A DNA stretch of 64,000 nucleotides from contig NC_043000.1 in NCBI RefSeq assembly GCF_006345805.1, positions 105,276,001 to 105,340,000 of the forward strand, given 5' to 3'. Below the pieces are notes generated by a model, which did not search any database, was not told the origin of the DNA, and was given only the letters and a program-made list of their open reading frames with translations. The stretch is from Octopus sinensis (Eukaryota). This document shows, piece by piece, positions 35,791 through 46,886 of the stretch (the stretch's first letter is position 1; every line of letters begins with the position of its first letter). Both the position numbers and the translations under genes were made by a program.

Positions 35791-38090
35791 GTTAGTTAGT
35801 TAGTTAGTTAGTTAATTTGGCTCAAAAGCAAATAGCAAGGCCATGTAGGAGGACATGGAGTTAAGTACAGGGTGGTGTTCATGTAAAGAGTTCAGGCCAC
35901 TTGAGGTCCAGGGAGGCTTTGAACAAAGCGGTCGTCGGCATCTTCACCATCTCGTCTGGCAGCTTGTTCCGCGGATCCGCAACTCGGACGGAGAAAGCTC
36001 CTCTCCTTCGATTGAGATGAAATTGTCGCAGGTAGAGCTTTAAGGAATGACCCCGCAGCCGACGCTCTGGAGCAGGAGTGAAGAACAGCTCTTTCGAGAG
36101 GTTACACTTTCCGCTTATGATGTTGTGGGCGAGAATGAGATCACCACGGCGGCGGCGTTTTTCAAGAGAATAAAGGTCGAGCGTCCTCAGCCTTTCTTCG
36201 TAGGACAAATTTTTGAGACCATGAACCATGCGGGTAGCCAGCTTCTGGACTCTTTCGAGATGCTGTATGTCTTTGAGGAGATAAGGAGAAGAGGCTTGAA
36301 TCCCATACTCCAATATGGGTCTCACCAGCGTGACATAGAGTGGTAGGAATATGGCTGCTGTGAGCATTCCGAATGACCGTCGAATCAAGAAGAGAATTCC
36401 GCGTGCTTTGTTGGCAGCATGGACGCACTGGGCCGAAGGCGAAAAGGAGGAATCCACCAAGATACCCAGGTCCTTTACCTGATCGGTCCTCTCCAGCAGC
36501 AGACGACCCGGCTCGAAATCAAGTTGAGTTGCAGGAGTAGAGCCGACAGGCAGATGACAGCACTTTGACACGTTCAGACACAGGTCCCAATCGTTAGACC
36601 ACTTCCAAATTTGGTGGAGGCATCGACGAAGATCCTCTATATTACCGCGAGGAGCGACCAGTTTGATATCGTCGGCAAATAGAAGGGTGTGTTGCGTGAG
36701 GTCGTCGGGCAAGTCATTTATGAAGACTAAGAACAACAAGGGCCCAAGCACTGAACCTTGAGGCACGCCACTGCTCGCACTGGAGACGTCGGACCGCGAA
36801 CCATTAACTTGGACTTGGAAGGAGCGATCTGAGAGGAAGGCACCAACCCATCGTATAATATCCGGATGGAAACTATATGCTTGAAGCTTGACAAGTAATA
36901 GGCGGTGGTTTACCGAGTCAAAAGCTTTGGCAAAGTCCAATAAAACGATGTCAACAGCATCACTATCATCGAGGATGCGCGTCACCAATTCTTCCATTAC
37001 TAGTAAGTTGGTCAAGCATGATCTCTTCGGCACGAAGCCGTGTTGGGAATCAGAGATAGAGGCTGTGTTTAGGAGGTGGAGCATCATACTTTTCTTAAGG
37101 ATGGTTTCGAACATCTTGCTGATTATTGATGTAAGGGAAACCGGTCGGTAGTTAAGCGGGTCTTCGCGGCTCCCTTTCTTGAAAATTGGGCAGATTATCG
37201 CTGTTCTCCAGTCTGCAGGTATAACACCCGTCGCCAATGACATATTGAATAGTCGTGTTAAGGGCTCGCAGATGACCGGAGCCAACGCTTTGATAACCCG
37301 TGGGTGTATGCCGTCAGGGCCGTGACCCTTGTTGACATGAGGCCTTGAATAACACGTTTGACTTCGTCCCGCGTGATGACCAATCGAAGCATTGGAGGTA
37401 CCGATCTATCAAATGGAGGGGGTTCACGGCCATCATCTTGTTTGAAAATAGTTGAAAAAGCCTCGGCAAATAATTGACTCTGTTGATAAGGGTCCTCAAT
37501 CGATACGCCTGTTGAGTCTACCAACGTTGCAATCTGGTTGTTCAAGCGGGAATTCCGCTGGACTTGGGCAAAGAAGGTTTTTGGATTGCTACTGGCATTT
37601 GCCGCGATTTTGTATTCATAACTGAAGCGTTCTTTCTTTTCAATTTTCACGGCTCGGTCTCGTTGAGTTTTGTACACCTCAAAAGCTGCAGTCGAATCCA
37701 GATTTTTGAATTCAGCCCAAGCAATATCTCGGTTAGAATTTCAAGATTAATTGCAGAGAAGACTCTACGTGGCAGCGAAGTAGTCGTGGGCGTAGAAAAA
37801 GTTGTGTGCATGACGAACTTCAGGACCGCATGATCACTCTTGGCAAGAGGGGCGCACACAGATACGTCTGACACTGATCTTGGATAGCGGGAGAATACCA
37901 GATCTAGCATAGATGGCTGCTGCCCAGACCGATGCCTTGTCGGATATTCAACATGTTGCGATAGAAAACAATCTTCAGCCACGTCAAGAAGGGCCTGGCC
38001 GAACCGGGAAGATGTTGTACAAATTGATGCGGGCCAATCGATCGGGCCAATCGATTGGAAATGTTATCACGTACAGCATCTTGTCTTGGT
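35791..38090 (-). mobile_element. Young 5'-truncated CR1-like LINE with (TAAC)n tail
   Basis: Endonuclease tail (SQHVEYPTRHRSGQQPSMLDLVFS...SDHAVLKF), linker, RT and C-terminus in order; 3' tail (TAAC)n at 35791-35815. Confidence 0.92.
35879..37285 (-). CDS. Reverse transcriptase ORF of the CR1-like LINE (468 aa, uninterrupted)
   Basis: NYRPVSLTSIISK, QHGFVPKRSCLTNL, LDFAKAFDSV, GVPQGSVLGPLLFLVFINDL, LFADDIKL, KDLGILVD. Confidence 0.93.
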   Translation of the reverse strand: MAPVICEPLTRLFNMSLATGVIPADWRTAIICPIFKKGSREDPLNYRPVSLTSIISKMFETILKKSMMLHLLNTASISDSQHGFVPKRSCLTNLLVMEELVTRILDDSDAVDIVLLDFAKAFDSVNHRLLLVKLQAYSFHPDIIRWVGAFLSDRSFQVQVNGSRSDVSSASSGVPQGSVLGPLLFLVFINDLPDDLTQHTLLFADDIKLVAPRGNIEDLRRCLHQIWKWSNDWDLCLNVSKCCHLPVGSTPATQLDFEPGRLLLERTDQVKDLGILVDSSFSPSAQCVHAANKARGILFLIRRSFGMLTAAIFLPLYVTLVRPILEYGIQASSPYLLKDIQHLERVQKLATRMVHGLKNLSYEERLRTLDLYSLEKRRRRGDLILAHNIISGKCNLSKELFFTPAPERRLRGHSLKLYLRQFHLNRRRGAFSVRVADPRNKLPDEMVKMPTTALFKASLDLKWPELFT

Positions 38091-38194
38091 ATAAAAGAGG
38101 CTACAGCAAATAATCTGGTCAATACCACAGATTTGCTTGTCAGTTGTTTGACCATAACCAACTGAACATGTCCCTTAGTGTCTGATGATATGTG

Positions 38195-39810
38195 GATTAA
38201 AGGTTGCGCCAGAAATATTTCCACAAATCATGGACACTATGTTATCTGATTGTGAATTTGCAATCCCTTATTTGGACTATATATTGATTAAGAGTAATTC
38301 GTGCGAACAGCATGTAGAGCATATAAAAGCTGTGTTTACGAAAATTAAAGAGTAGGGGTTCACTTTGAGCGAAGAAAAATGCAAATTCTTTTGCCTCAAA
38401 TTAAATACTTAGAGAAAATAATTGATAAAAATGGTAGACGATCTGACCCGTCGAGGGCAGACGCAACAAAGAATATGCCTGTTCCGACAAATATACCAAC
38501 ATTACAAGCGTTTCTTGGGCTGGCAAACTACTACCAAAACTATATTCCTAACATGCACAAATTAAGAGCTTCATTGAATGATTTATTGAAAAAGGAAGTA
38601 AAGTGGAATTGGTCAGTTAAATGCCAAAACGCGTTTGAAGAAACGAAACAATTCTAATCGCAGATTTGTCTCTAGCGCTTTTCGATCCTGAAAGGGACAA
38701 TGTTGTAGCGTCTGATGCTTCGGAGTACAAAATAGGAGCAGTTTTGCTACACAAGAATAAAGATTGAAGTACGAAACCAGTGATTCATGTTTCACGCTCA
38801 CTGATAGCGGCAGAGAAAAAGTACAGTCAGATAGAAAAAGAAGCCCTATTGATTATCTTTGCGGTGAAAAACTTTCACAGGTTTCTACATGGTAGACGTT
38901 TTCTGTTACAAACAGATTATCGACAATTGCTATCAATTTATGGGTCAGAGAAAGGGTTACCTACCAATACAGCGAACCGACTACAACGTTGGGGTATAAT
39001 ACTACTAAATTACAATTTCAAAATGCAGCATATTCCATCGAAAAAAATTGGTCTATCGAGACTAATTCCCAACAATACGGAGCCATTAGAAGATACCGTG
39101 ATAGCCGCACTACAGGCAGAAAATTAAATTAAAAGTATTATGACTATTGTTATCCAAGAACTGCGAGTGATTGCACAGGGTATAAGTATGAAATCTATAG
39201 GTGATGAGTATATTACAAAAATGAAAGAAGCTTTAAAAAATAAGCAGAATAAAGAAAACAAATTCGAGTAGTTTCTCAATATGCGCGATATTCTGATGTT
39301 TGCGCAAAGAGTTGTAGTACATTACAAAACGTGTATTGCAGCAATTTCACAGCGAACACCCGGAAATGTCGACGATGAAAGCTCTGATGAGGAGCTACGT
39401 CTATTGGCCGACTATGGACCGGATATCGAAAATTTGGTGTGAACTTGTCGAGGTTACGCGCTCGTGGCCAAAGCCTCGCCGGTAAAATATCAGTCGTGGT
39501 CAGAGACCGAGAACCCATGGTCTAGGTTACATATCGACTAAGCCGGACTGGTGAATGATGCTTAATACCTAATCGTGGTAGACAGCTGTACAAAGTGGCC
39601 AGAGGTATGCAGGTGCAATAAGCCAACCGCTAAGACAACTATGAAGTTCTTATATGAATTGTTTGCGCGATACGGTGTTCCAAACCAGGTTAGTTTCTGA
39701 CAATGGAGCGCAATTCTCGGGGTATGAATTCAAGAACTTCAGCAAAATGCATGCGATAAAGCATATTTTCACTCCTGAGGTCAAGTGGGCAAGCAGAAAG
39801 ATTTGTGAAG
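38195..39810 (+). mobile_element. Decayed Gypsy/Ty3 pol fragment (RT, RNase H, integrase); no LTRs seen
   Basis: GLKVAPEIFPQIMD...PYLDYIL (YxDD to YLDY), FLGLANYY, SDAS, YSQIEKEAL, NRLQRWG, PWSRLHID, VSDNGAQF, SGQAERFV. Confidence 0.9.
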
Positions 39811-40419
39811 ATTATTGGTGTCTGCTTCCTACTATTCTTTTCCAGAGTTCAACCTCCCGAAATATTATATATTTTTATAAGTTGTTTTTATAATTTATAG
39901 TTTTTCATATTTCTCCTGTTCCAACCTAAGTGTTATTTTTTTCCCCTCTCCCCATATGTACTGCACTTTCTGACTGTTTCTTTTTCTAATTTCTGCCAGC
40001 GTGAGTAAAAATGTCCATAGACTGCAAATATTATATTATATGTGTTTATAAAAATTATACACGAGGGAAAAAGCCACTAGAAAAGGGAGTTAAATCCCAA
40101 ACCACGAAAAAACTAATTCTTATTTTAGCACATTGAATGTAGGCGGGAATGACAATTTGAGAGAATTCAAAAATGATTAGTCATTTCCGTACTTCGAAGT
40201 TTCGCCCCTAACGATTAAATACACTAATTAATTAATTAATCAACCAATCAATGCATTAAACCAGCTATGGTTCATCAGCGAGAATTGCTATGGACATATA
40301 ATTGTAAAACTCAATACATACTGCACCAAACAGGATACACTGCATATTGGGTTTACTTCTTTAATGGTTTTTCCCTTCGTGTATAATTTTTATAAGTATA
40401 TATATATATATATATTCTA

Positions 40420-40680
40420 TCGGTCGCTTTTGCCGAACCGCTAAGTTACGTGGACGTAAACTCACCAGCATAGGTTGTCAAGTGATGTTGGGGGTCAAAC
40501 ACGGACACAGACATATATGTATATATATTCGACGGGCTTCTTTCAGTTTCCATCTACCAAATCCACTCAAAAGGCTTTAGTCGGCCCGAGGCTATAGTAG
40601 AAGACACCTGCCCACGGAGCCACGCAGTGGGACTGAACCCAGAACCATGCGGTTGGGAAATAAACTACTTACCACATCTA
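40420..40680 (-). mobile_element. Composite SINE
   Basis: Reverse complement of the 538-925 modules. Confidence 0.7.
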
Positions 40681-41699
40681 TATATATACACACATGTATA
40701 TATACACATACACACTCTCTCACACACAATCACACACACACACACGCACACACACACACGCACACACACACACACATAAACTTGGCTACCTCGACTAAAC
40801 GATTCAATTGATTATAAATATTTAATTCAAGTGATAGATCGTAAAGAGAGTGGTAATTTTGTATAGCAATGTTAATAACGATGGCGACGTTCTCACATGA
40901 GATTTAACATACGAACGGAGAAATAAGTAGTTTAGCTATAACGAATGATTTGATTAAATAATAAACAATTACATGTATCCATTTTTACACATCTCTCGAT
41001 ATTTCTTTGCGGCTCATTTTGAGCTCATCACTCAACGTGGCTTTAATGCTCGTATTTGGTTCTTTTATAGTAGAAGATATTTATAGTATTTTAGTATTTT
41101 TTACAATATTTTTGACTATGTTTTTCCTTATAAATTTCACGATAACAGATGTGTGATTTATTTTGATTTGCAGCGACTTATCTAATTTTGTTCGAAAGTT
41201 TAATCTTGAGACTCCAAAAAGCTCTCGATTCCTTTGAGAGTGAAGGATTAAGAGAGGGTTTCCATTGTTATGTCTTGACCGCTTTTTTTTACTTCTTTTC
41301 TTTTACAGTTTGAATTAATTCAAAAGTTATAAAAGAAAATAGAAGCGGAGGGAATATGAAAACAGTATGCGGGCACAACAACATGTAAACGAACTGAATG
41401 ACAGAAGGAATAAATAAACACTCGCGCACCCATAACCGAGACGCATTGTCGTAATTAAATTTTTAAAGCAATCATTATAATGATTAGCATTTACTTTGCG
41501 CAATTAAAATGTTAAGTTTTTATTTTTATTTTTTCTAAAAAGAAAAGCAACAATGTGAAGTAATGCGAGGTTAGAGATGTACATATAAACAAATATATGC
41601 ATAAATATACACATATATTTGTGTGCGGGTGAATACATATATTTATATATGCGTATATATTTGAATATTTATATATATACGTATATATATGTACGCTTT

Positions 41700-41748
<49 letters not shown>

Positions 41749-41765
41749 GTGTGTGTGTGTGTGTA

Positions 41766-42885
41766 CATGGGGGTACCCAAAAGAAACCGGAATTTTGCAA
41801 TACTATTTTATTCACTTAGTTTTACATGTTTACATTTTGATCGTCTTAAAAGTATTCTTCATTTGAAGCAATACATTGGTCCAGACGCGTTTTCCAATGT
41901 TCGAAGCAGTCTAGGAACTCTTGCGAAGTGGTACCTTTTAACGCCTCCATCGTTTTTGACGTGTACAAAACTATTTCTATAAGAGCTTTTTTCATTCAGG
42001 GGAACAAAAAGAAGTCGCGGGGTCATGCCATTTTTGATCAAAAACCGCTTCACACTCAAGACAGTGTGTGCATGCGCATTGTCATGATGAAACCACCAGT
42101 CTTCACTTTTCCACAGGTCGGGGCGTTTTCGTCTGTGTGAAAAAATTCCTTTCCTATCGATGAAAAAAACGGCATCGTCTTTGGAAGTGTGATGACATTG
42201 AATGCTTCCATTTACTTGATTGCTGCTTCGTTTCTGGGTTGTAGCTGCGGCACCAGCTTTCGGTACCAGTGATGACCTTCGAAAAAAGGTCCAGATCAAC
42301 TTCCAACTCTTCTTTTACTTCACGACATGCATTCAGTCTTGACCACTTATAATCTTCCGTGAGCAAGCGGGGCACAAATTTTGCTGCAACGTTTTTCATT
42401 CACAATTCCTCGCTCAGAATACGTTGGCAGGAGATCCAGTACAGACCTGTCATATAAACAAGTTCATCAATTTTTCAGCGACGTTCTCCAAGATCAGTCC
42501 GTGGATTTTCGTGATGTTTTCATTCGTTCAGTAGGTCGACGGTTGCTCTGAACGAGGTTGGTCTTCAAGCAACAAGTGACCAATTCTAAAGCGTGAACAC
42601 CACTTGTAAACTTGTGTTTTGCTCATGCCAGCGTCCTTGTAAACTGTTTGACGCACGATAACTGCTTCGGCTGTTCCTTCGTTTCAGGCATCGCAAAAAT
42701 CGATGGACAGTGGAGAAACACTGGAAAAAAGAGACACACTACATGGTAGTACGAATTCACTCGACGGTGGCGATCGGTAGACTGATGCCTGATGGTCGCA
42801 TCATGTGACTTCTAACGGCGGTAGCCTGAACTACAACGGTCTTGTCCCATAGAGAATGTTTCCGGTTACTTTTGGGTACCCCTCG
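41766..42885 (-). mobile_element. Mariner element with both TIRs and a decayed, partly deleted transposase
   Basis: TIRs 'catgggggtacccaaaagaaaccggaa' / 'ttccggttacttttgggtacccctcg' with flanking TA; AAKFVPRLL, KVITGTESW and WWFHHDNAHAH motifs; YSPDL region missing. Confidence 0.9.
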
Positions 42886-42914
42886 TATCTAACTATCTCT
42901 CTCTCTCTCTCTCT

Positions 42915-42960
<46 letters not shown>

Positions 42961-42967
<7 letters not shown>

Positions 42968-43672
42968 AAAAAGAGGATAAAATCTTCATAAGAAATTATC
43001 AAGTAGTTAGCGTGAAAAACCTCATAAGAGAAAAAAATCTTTAAATTTTTTCACTTGAATATATTTATTTATATTATATAGGGCATTATTACACATAAAT
43101 GTCGCACGCTAGGAGGGACTCTTAAAGTCAAAACTACCAAAAAAGATATATAATGAATGAACAAAATCAACATACCAGACGAACAACCATCGCATCCACC
43201 GTAGCATATAGAACTGTTCATCCCTTATACATCTATGTAAATGGCGGGCTTTTTCGAATTGCATTTCGGTAACAACGTGCTTATTCGGAACAAAAATTCT
43301 GTATTGAATTATTCCGGTGAAATTTATAATTTAAAATAGGATAAAATCTTCATAAGAAATTATCAAGCAGTTAGCGTGAAAAACCTCATAAGAGAAAAAA
43401 TCTGTAATTTTTTCACTTGGATATATTTATTTATATTATATAGGGCATGATTACACATAAATGCCGCACGCTAGGAGGGACTCTTAAAGTCAAAACTACC
43501 AAAATAAACATATCGTACCGAAAGCAAGTCTCGAAGCAAGCCATTTAAAAACATAATTTAGCTGCATATCATGGCTTGCTTCGAGACTTGCATTCGGTAA
43601 GATATGTTTATGTTGGTAGTTTTGACTTTAAGAGTCCCTCCTAGCGTGCGGCATTAATGTGTAATAATGCCC

Positions 43673-43680
<8 letters not shown>
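42961..43680. mobile_element. (TA)n-bounded element: 365-bp-period direct repeat plus 110-bp fold-back
   Basis: 42961-43140 repeats at 43326-43503. Arms 43435-43544 and 43571-43680 are inverted with ~5 mismatches. Related to 24434-24680. Confidence 0.85.
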
Positions 43681-43733
<53 letters not shown>

Positions 43734-44271
43734 GCATACACACATATAAAACACTGTGTGTATGTGTGTGTGTGCGTGTGCGTGCGTGTGTGTGTGCGTG
43801 CGTGTGTATGTGTGTGTGTTTATGGGGAGCAGCTTTTCATTTAGACTAGTTATACTGAAAACACGACCATGTTTCAGTTTTGTCTCTAGCGGTCAAATTC
43901 TGACGGTAAAATCAGTATAAATGACAGTTGCCTACAATAAAACAGGTAGAACAGAAGCTAGCTGCACACTATAACGTGATGGTCAGACCGGAAATGTAGA
44001 TTACAATGAATTTAGGAACTTTGTCATACCAGTAAAACTGCAGAGGCCCTATACGAAAATATAAACCAAAAGATAAGTAAAAGATTAAACTAGAGCTTGT
44101 ATCGAACAAGAAAAGTTGTTTTCTAAACGTAAACTCACTTACACAAGAACACACACACACACACATACACAGAGGTGAGCACATAAGTGCAAAACAAGGT
44201 GGAAAGAATAGTACTCGAATACAAAGATATTATATATATATTTATATATATATTTATATATATAATATATA

Positions 44272-44330
<59 letters not shown>

Positions 44331-44419
44331 AAAAAGATAGAGAGAGAGAGAGACAGGCAGACAGACAGACAGAAGGAGGGAGGGAGACTGACAGAAAATA
44401 GAAGTTGAAAATGCACTGA

Positions 44420-46290
44420 CATATTCAACATATTTAAATATTTAATATATTTAAAGGTTTAACTGGTTTCACAGTTTACACAGATTTTCGAAAAGTTGAT
44501 TTAGAAAGACATTATATTGCAGCTGTCTTGCTTCTGACTAGTGTTTAAAGCTTGCCCTATTTTTATAAGTGGTAGGCGGAGTTTTGAATGTGAATAATTA
44601 TTTGTGTATGTACCCTGTTAAAGTTTGTTACGCCTTGGTTTGAACTTTTGTACGAAAGTCTTTTCTGTGATTATCCGTTCTTCATCTGTGGTATTCGCTG
44701 AACATAGTTAGAGTGGGAAGACCTGCAATTTGGGGAACTTATTTTTTGCACATCTATCTTCGTAGCCACTCAGTGGAATCTATCTAGTACTACTGTATTT
44801 GTTGTCGGTGAATGGTCAGTCTATTTCTTAGTGTGAGCTTTGTTTGACTTATGTAATCTTCATTGCATGCTTGACATTTGATAGCGCATATTACATTCTT
44901 TGAAGAACATGTAAATTTATTTTGTTGTGGTAAAAATCTGTCCTGATTTGAATTTATATGTTGTGTCTTCAGTAAGGTTAATGCAAGTTCGTCATGAAAT
45001 TCCAGACAGAATTGAAAAGAATTTCATCACTGAAGGATTAAAGTTTATCCTCGAAAACAATTTTATTTTATTTCGATAGCAATATTTACAAACAAATATC
45101 TGGGACTGCGATGGTGACAAAAGTTGCTCCGACTAACGCCAATATAGTCATGGCATACATGGAGGTCTAAATCGATGAACAATCTCAATTAAAATATGGC
45201 TTGAACTTCCACAAATATCTACTAAAAATTGGAAAAGTTACTTAGATGACTAACTAATACTAAGGACGCACACATTTGAACAACATATAGTAATCAAAAA
45301 TCTAATCATCAGCATAAACAATGATATTAACATTACCATGGAATACAGAAAAATTCATCTACTATTCCTGGATATACTAATCATCAAATGAGATAAAAAC
45401 ATTGAAACAGATTTTCACTACAAAGAAACAGATTCTAAACAATACTAACTGCTCTTTTCAGGCCATCCCAAACACACGAAGAATAATATCCCGTTCAATC
45501 TAGCAAGAAGAATCTGCACAATTGTCTCAAACCTTGAAATTCGCAATAAAAGAGTCCAGGAACAAAAACAAGTACTACTTAAAAGACAATATCCATTAAC
45601 GTTAACATACAACGGAATAGAACATGCTAAAGCAATAACTATCGAAAAACTACGAAAAACGAAAAACACCCTAGATACATCTAATACCCTACCCTTTATT
45701 ACAACACCCAATCCAAGAAACACAAAGGCTTACAATATTATGCACCAGAGCATCCCACGGCTAAAATAAGACCCAAGAATGAAACAAGCATTCGAAATAC
45801 ACAAAACAATCAAAAGTATAAGACAATCAAAGTCCTTCCACAATTCCTACACCAACAGCCAAGAAGTGTGGCCGCCCCAATTGCGAGACTTGCATTTAAC
45901 CTTATTGAAGACACAACATAAAAATTCAAATCAGGACAGATTTTTGCCGTAGAAAATCACTTTAATTGTTCTTCAAAGAATATGATATACGCTATCTAAT
46001 TTCAAGGATGTAATGAAGGTTATACAGGCCAAACAAAGCTTACGCTAAGAAATAGACTTATTCACCGACAACAAATTCGGGACCCCAGTACTAGACAGAT
46101 TCCACTGAGTGGACACGTAGACATATGCGCAAAAGATAGGCTCCCCCAAATTTCAGGTCTTCCCACTTTAACTATGTTCACCGAATACCACAGATGAAGC
46201 ACGGATAATCACAGAAAATACTTTCTAAATCAAATTTTCGAAAATCAGTGTAAACTGTGAAACCGGTTGAAGCTTTAAATATATTAATAA
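44420..46290 (+). mobile_element. Penelope-like element remnant (RT and GIY-YIG) with inverted upstream copy of its 3' end
   Basis: Plus strand EGLKFILENN, GTAM..KVAPT.AN, HPKHTKNNIPFNLARRICTIVSN, KCGRPNC.TC, CSSKNMIY, HRQQIRDP. 44420-44975 is a diverged reverse-complement copy of ~45905-46290. Confidence 0.85.
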
Positions 46291-46409
46291 AAAGTATTTT
46301 AACTATTTTCAACTTCTATTTTTCCAATATTTCTAACCGTGTGGAATAAAATAACTTTGTTTTCTCTCTTCCTCTCTCCCTCTGTCTCTCTGATATGTAT
46401 GTATATGTG

Positions 46410-46814
46410 TGTATATATATGATATATGGAAGCTGGACGTAGTCTTAATTGGGAAACAAAACAAACTATGCTGGATCATAGATATAGCTGACAACAAGGT
46501 ATGCGATAAGGAAGAGAGAGAAGTTGAGACATATGACAGGCTAGCTTGGGAGGTTAAGCAGTTGTGGGCGATGTAAAAGGTAGCAGTAGTACCAATAATT
46601 GTCGGAGCCTTGGGAACAGTGAGAAAAATATCGAGAATTACGTAGAACAAATAGGTGCTGCAATAAGGGTGGAGCACTTGCAGAAATCAGCACTGCTTGG
46701 AACCGCTCGAATACTCCGGAAGGTGCTCGAAAAATAAGAGGTGTTACTTTAGTTCAGTGGTAGTGAACAGCTGACACTGTAGTACATCTCCAGCGTTAGA
46801 AGCTGTGCAAAGGA

Positions 46815-46875
<61 letters not shown>

Positions 46876-46886
46876 TAATAATAATA
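46410..46886 (+). mobile_element. 3' end of an older R4/Dong-clade LINE with (AAT)n tail
   Basis: CWIIDIA...VVPIIVGALGTV...EHLQKSALLGTARILRKVLEK*, short UTR, then (AAT)n at 46816-46886. Confidence 0.85.
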
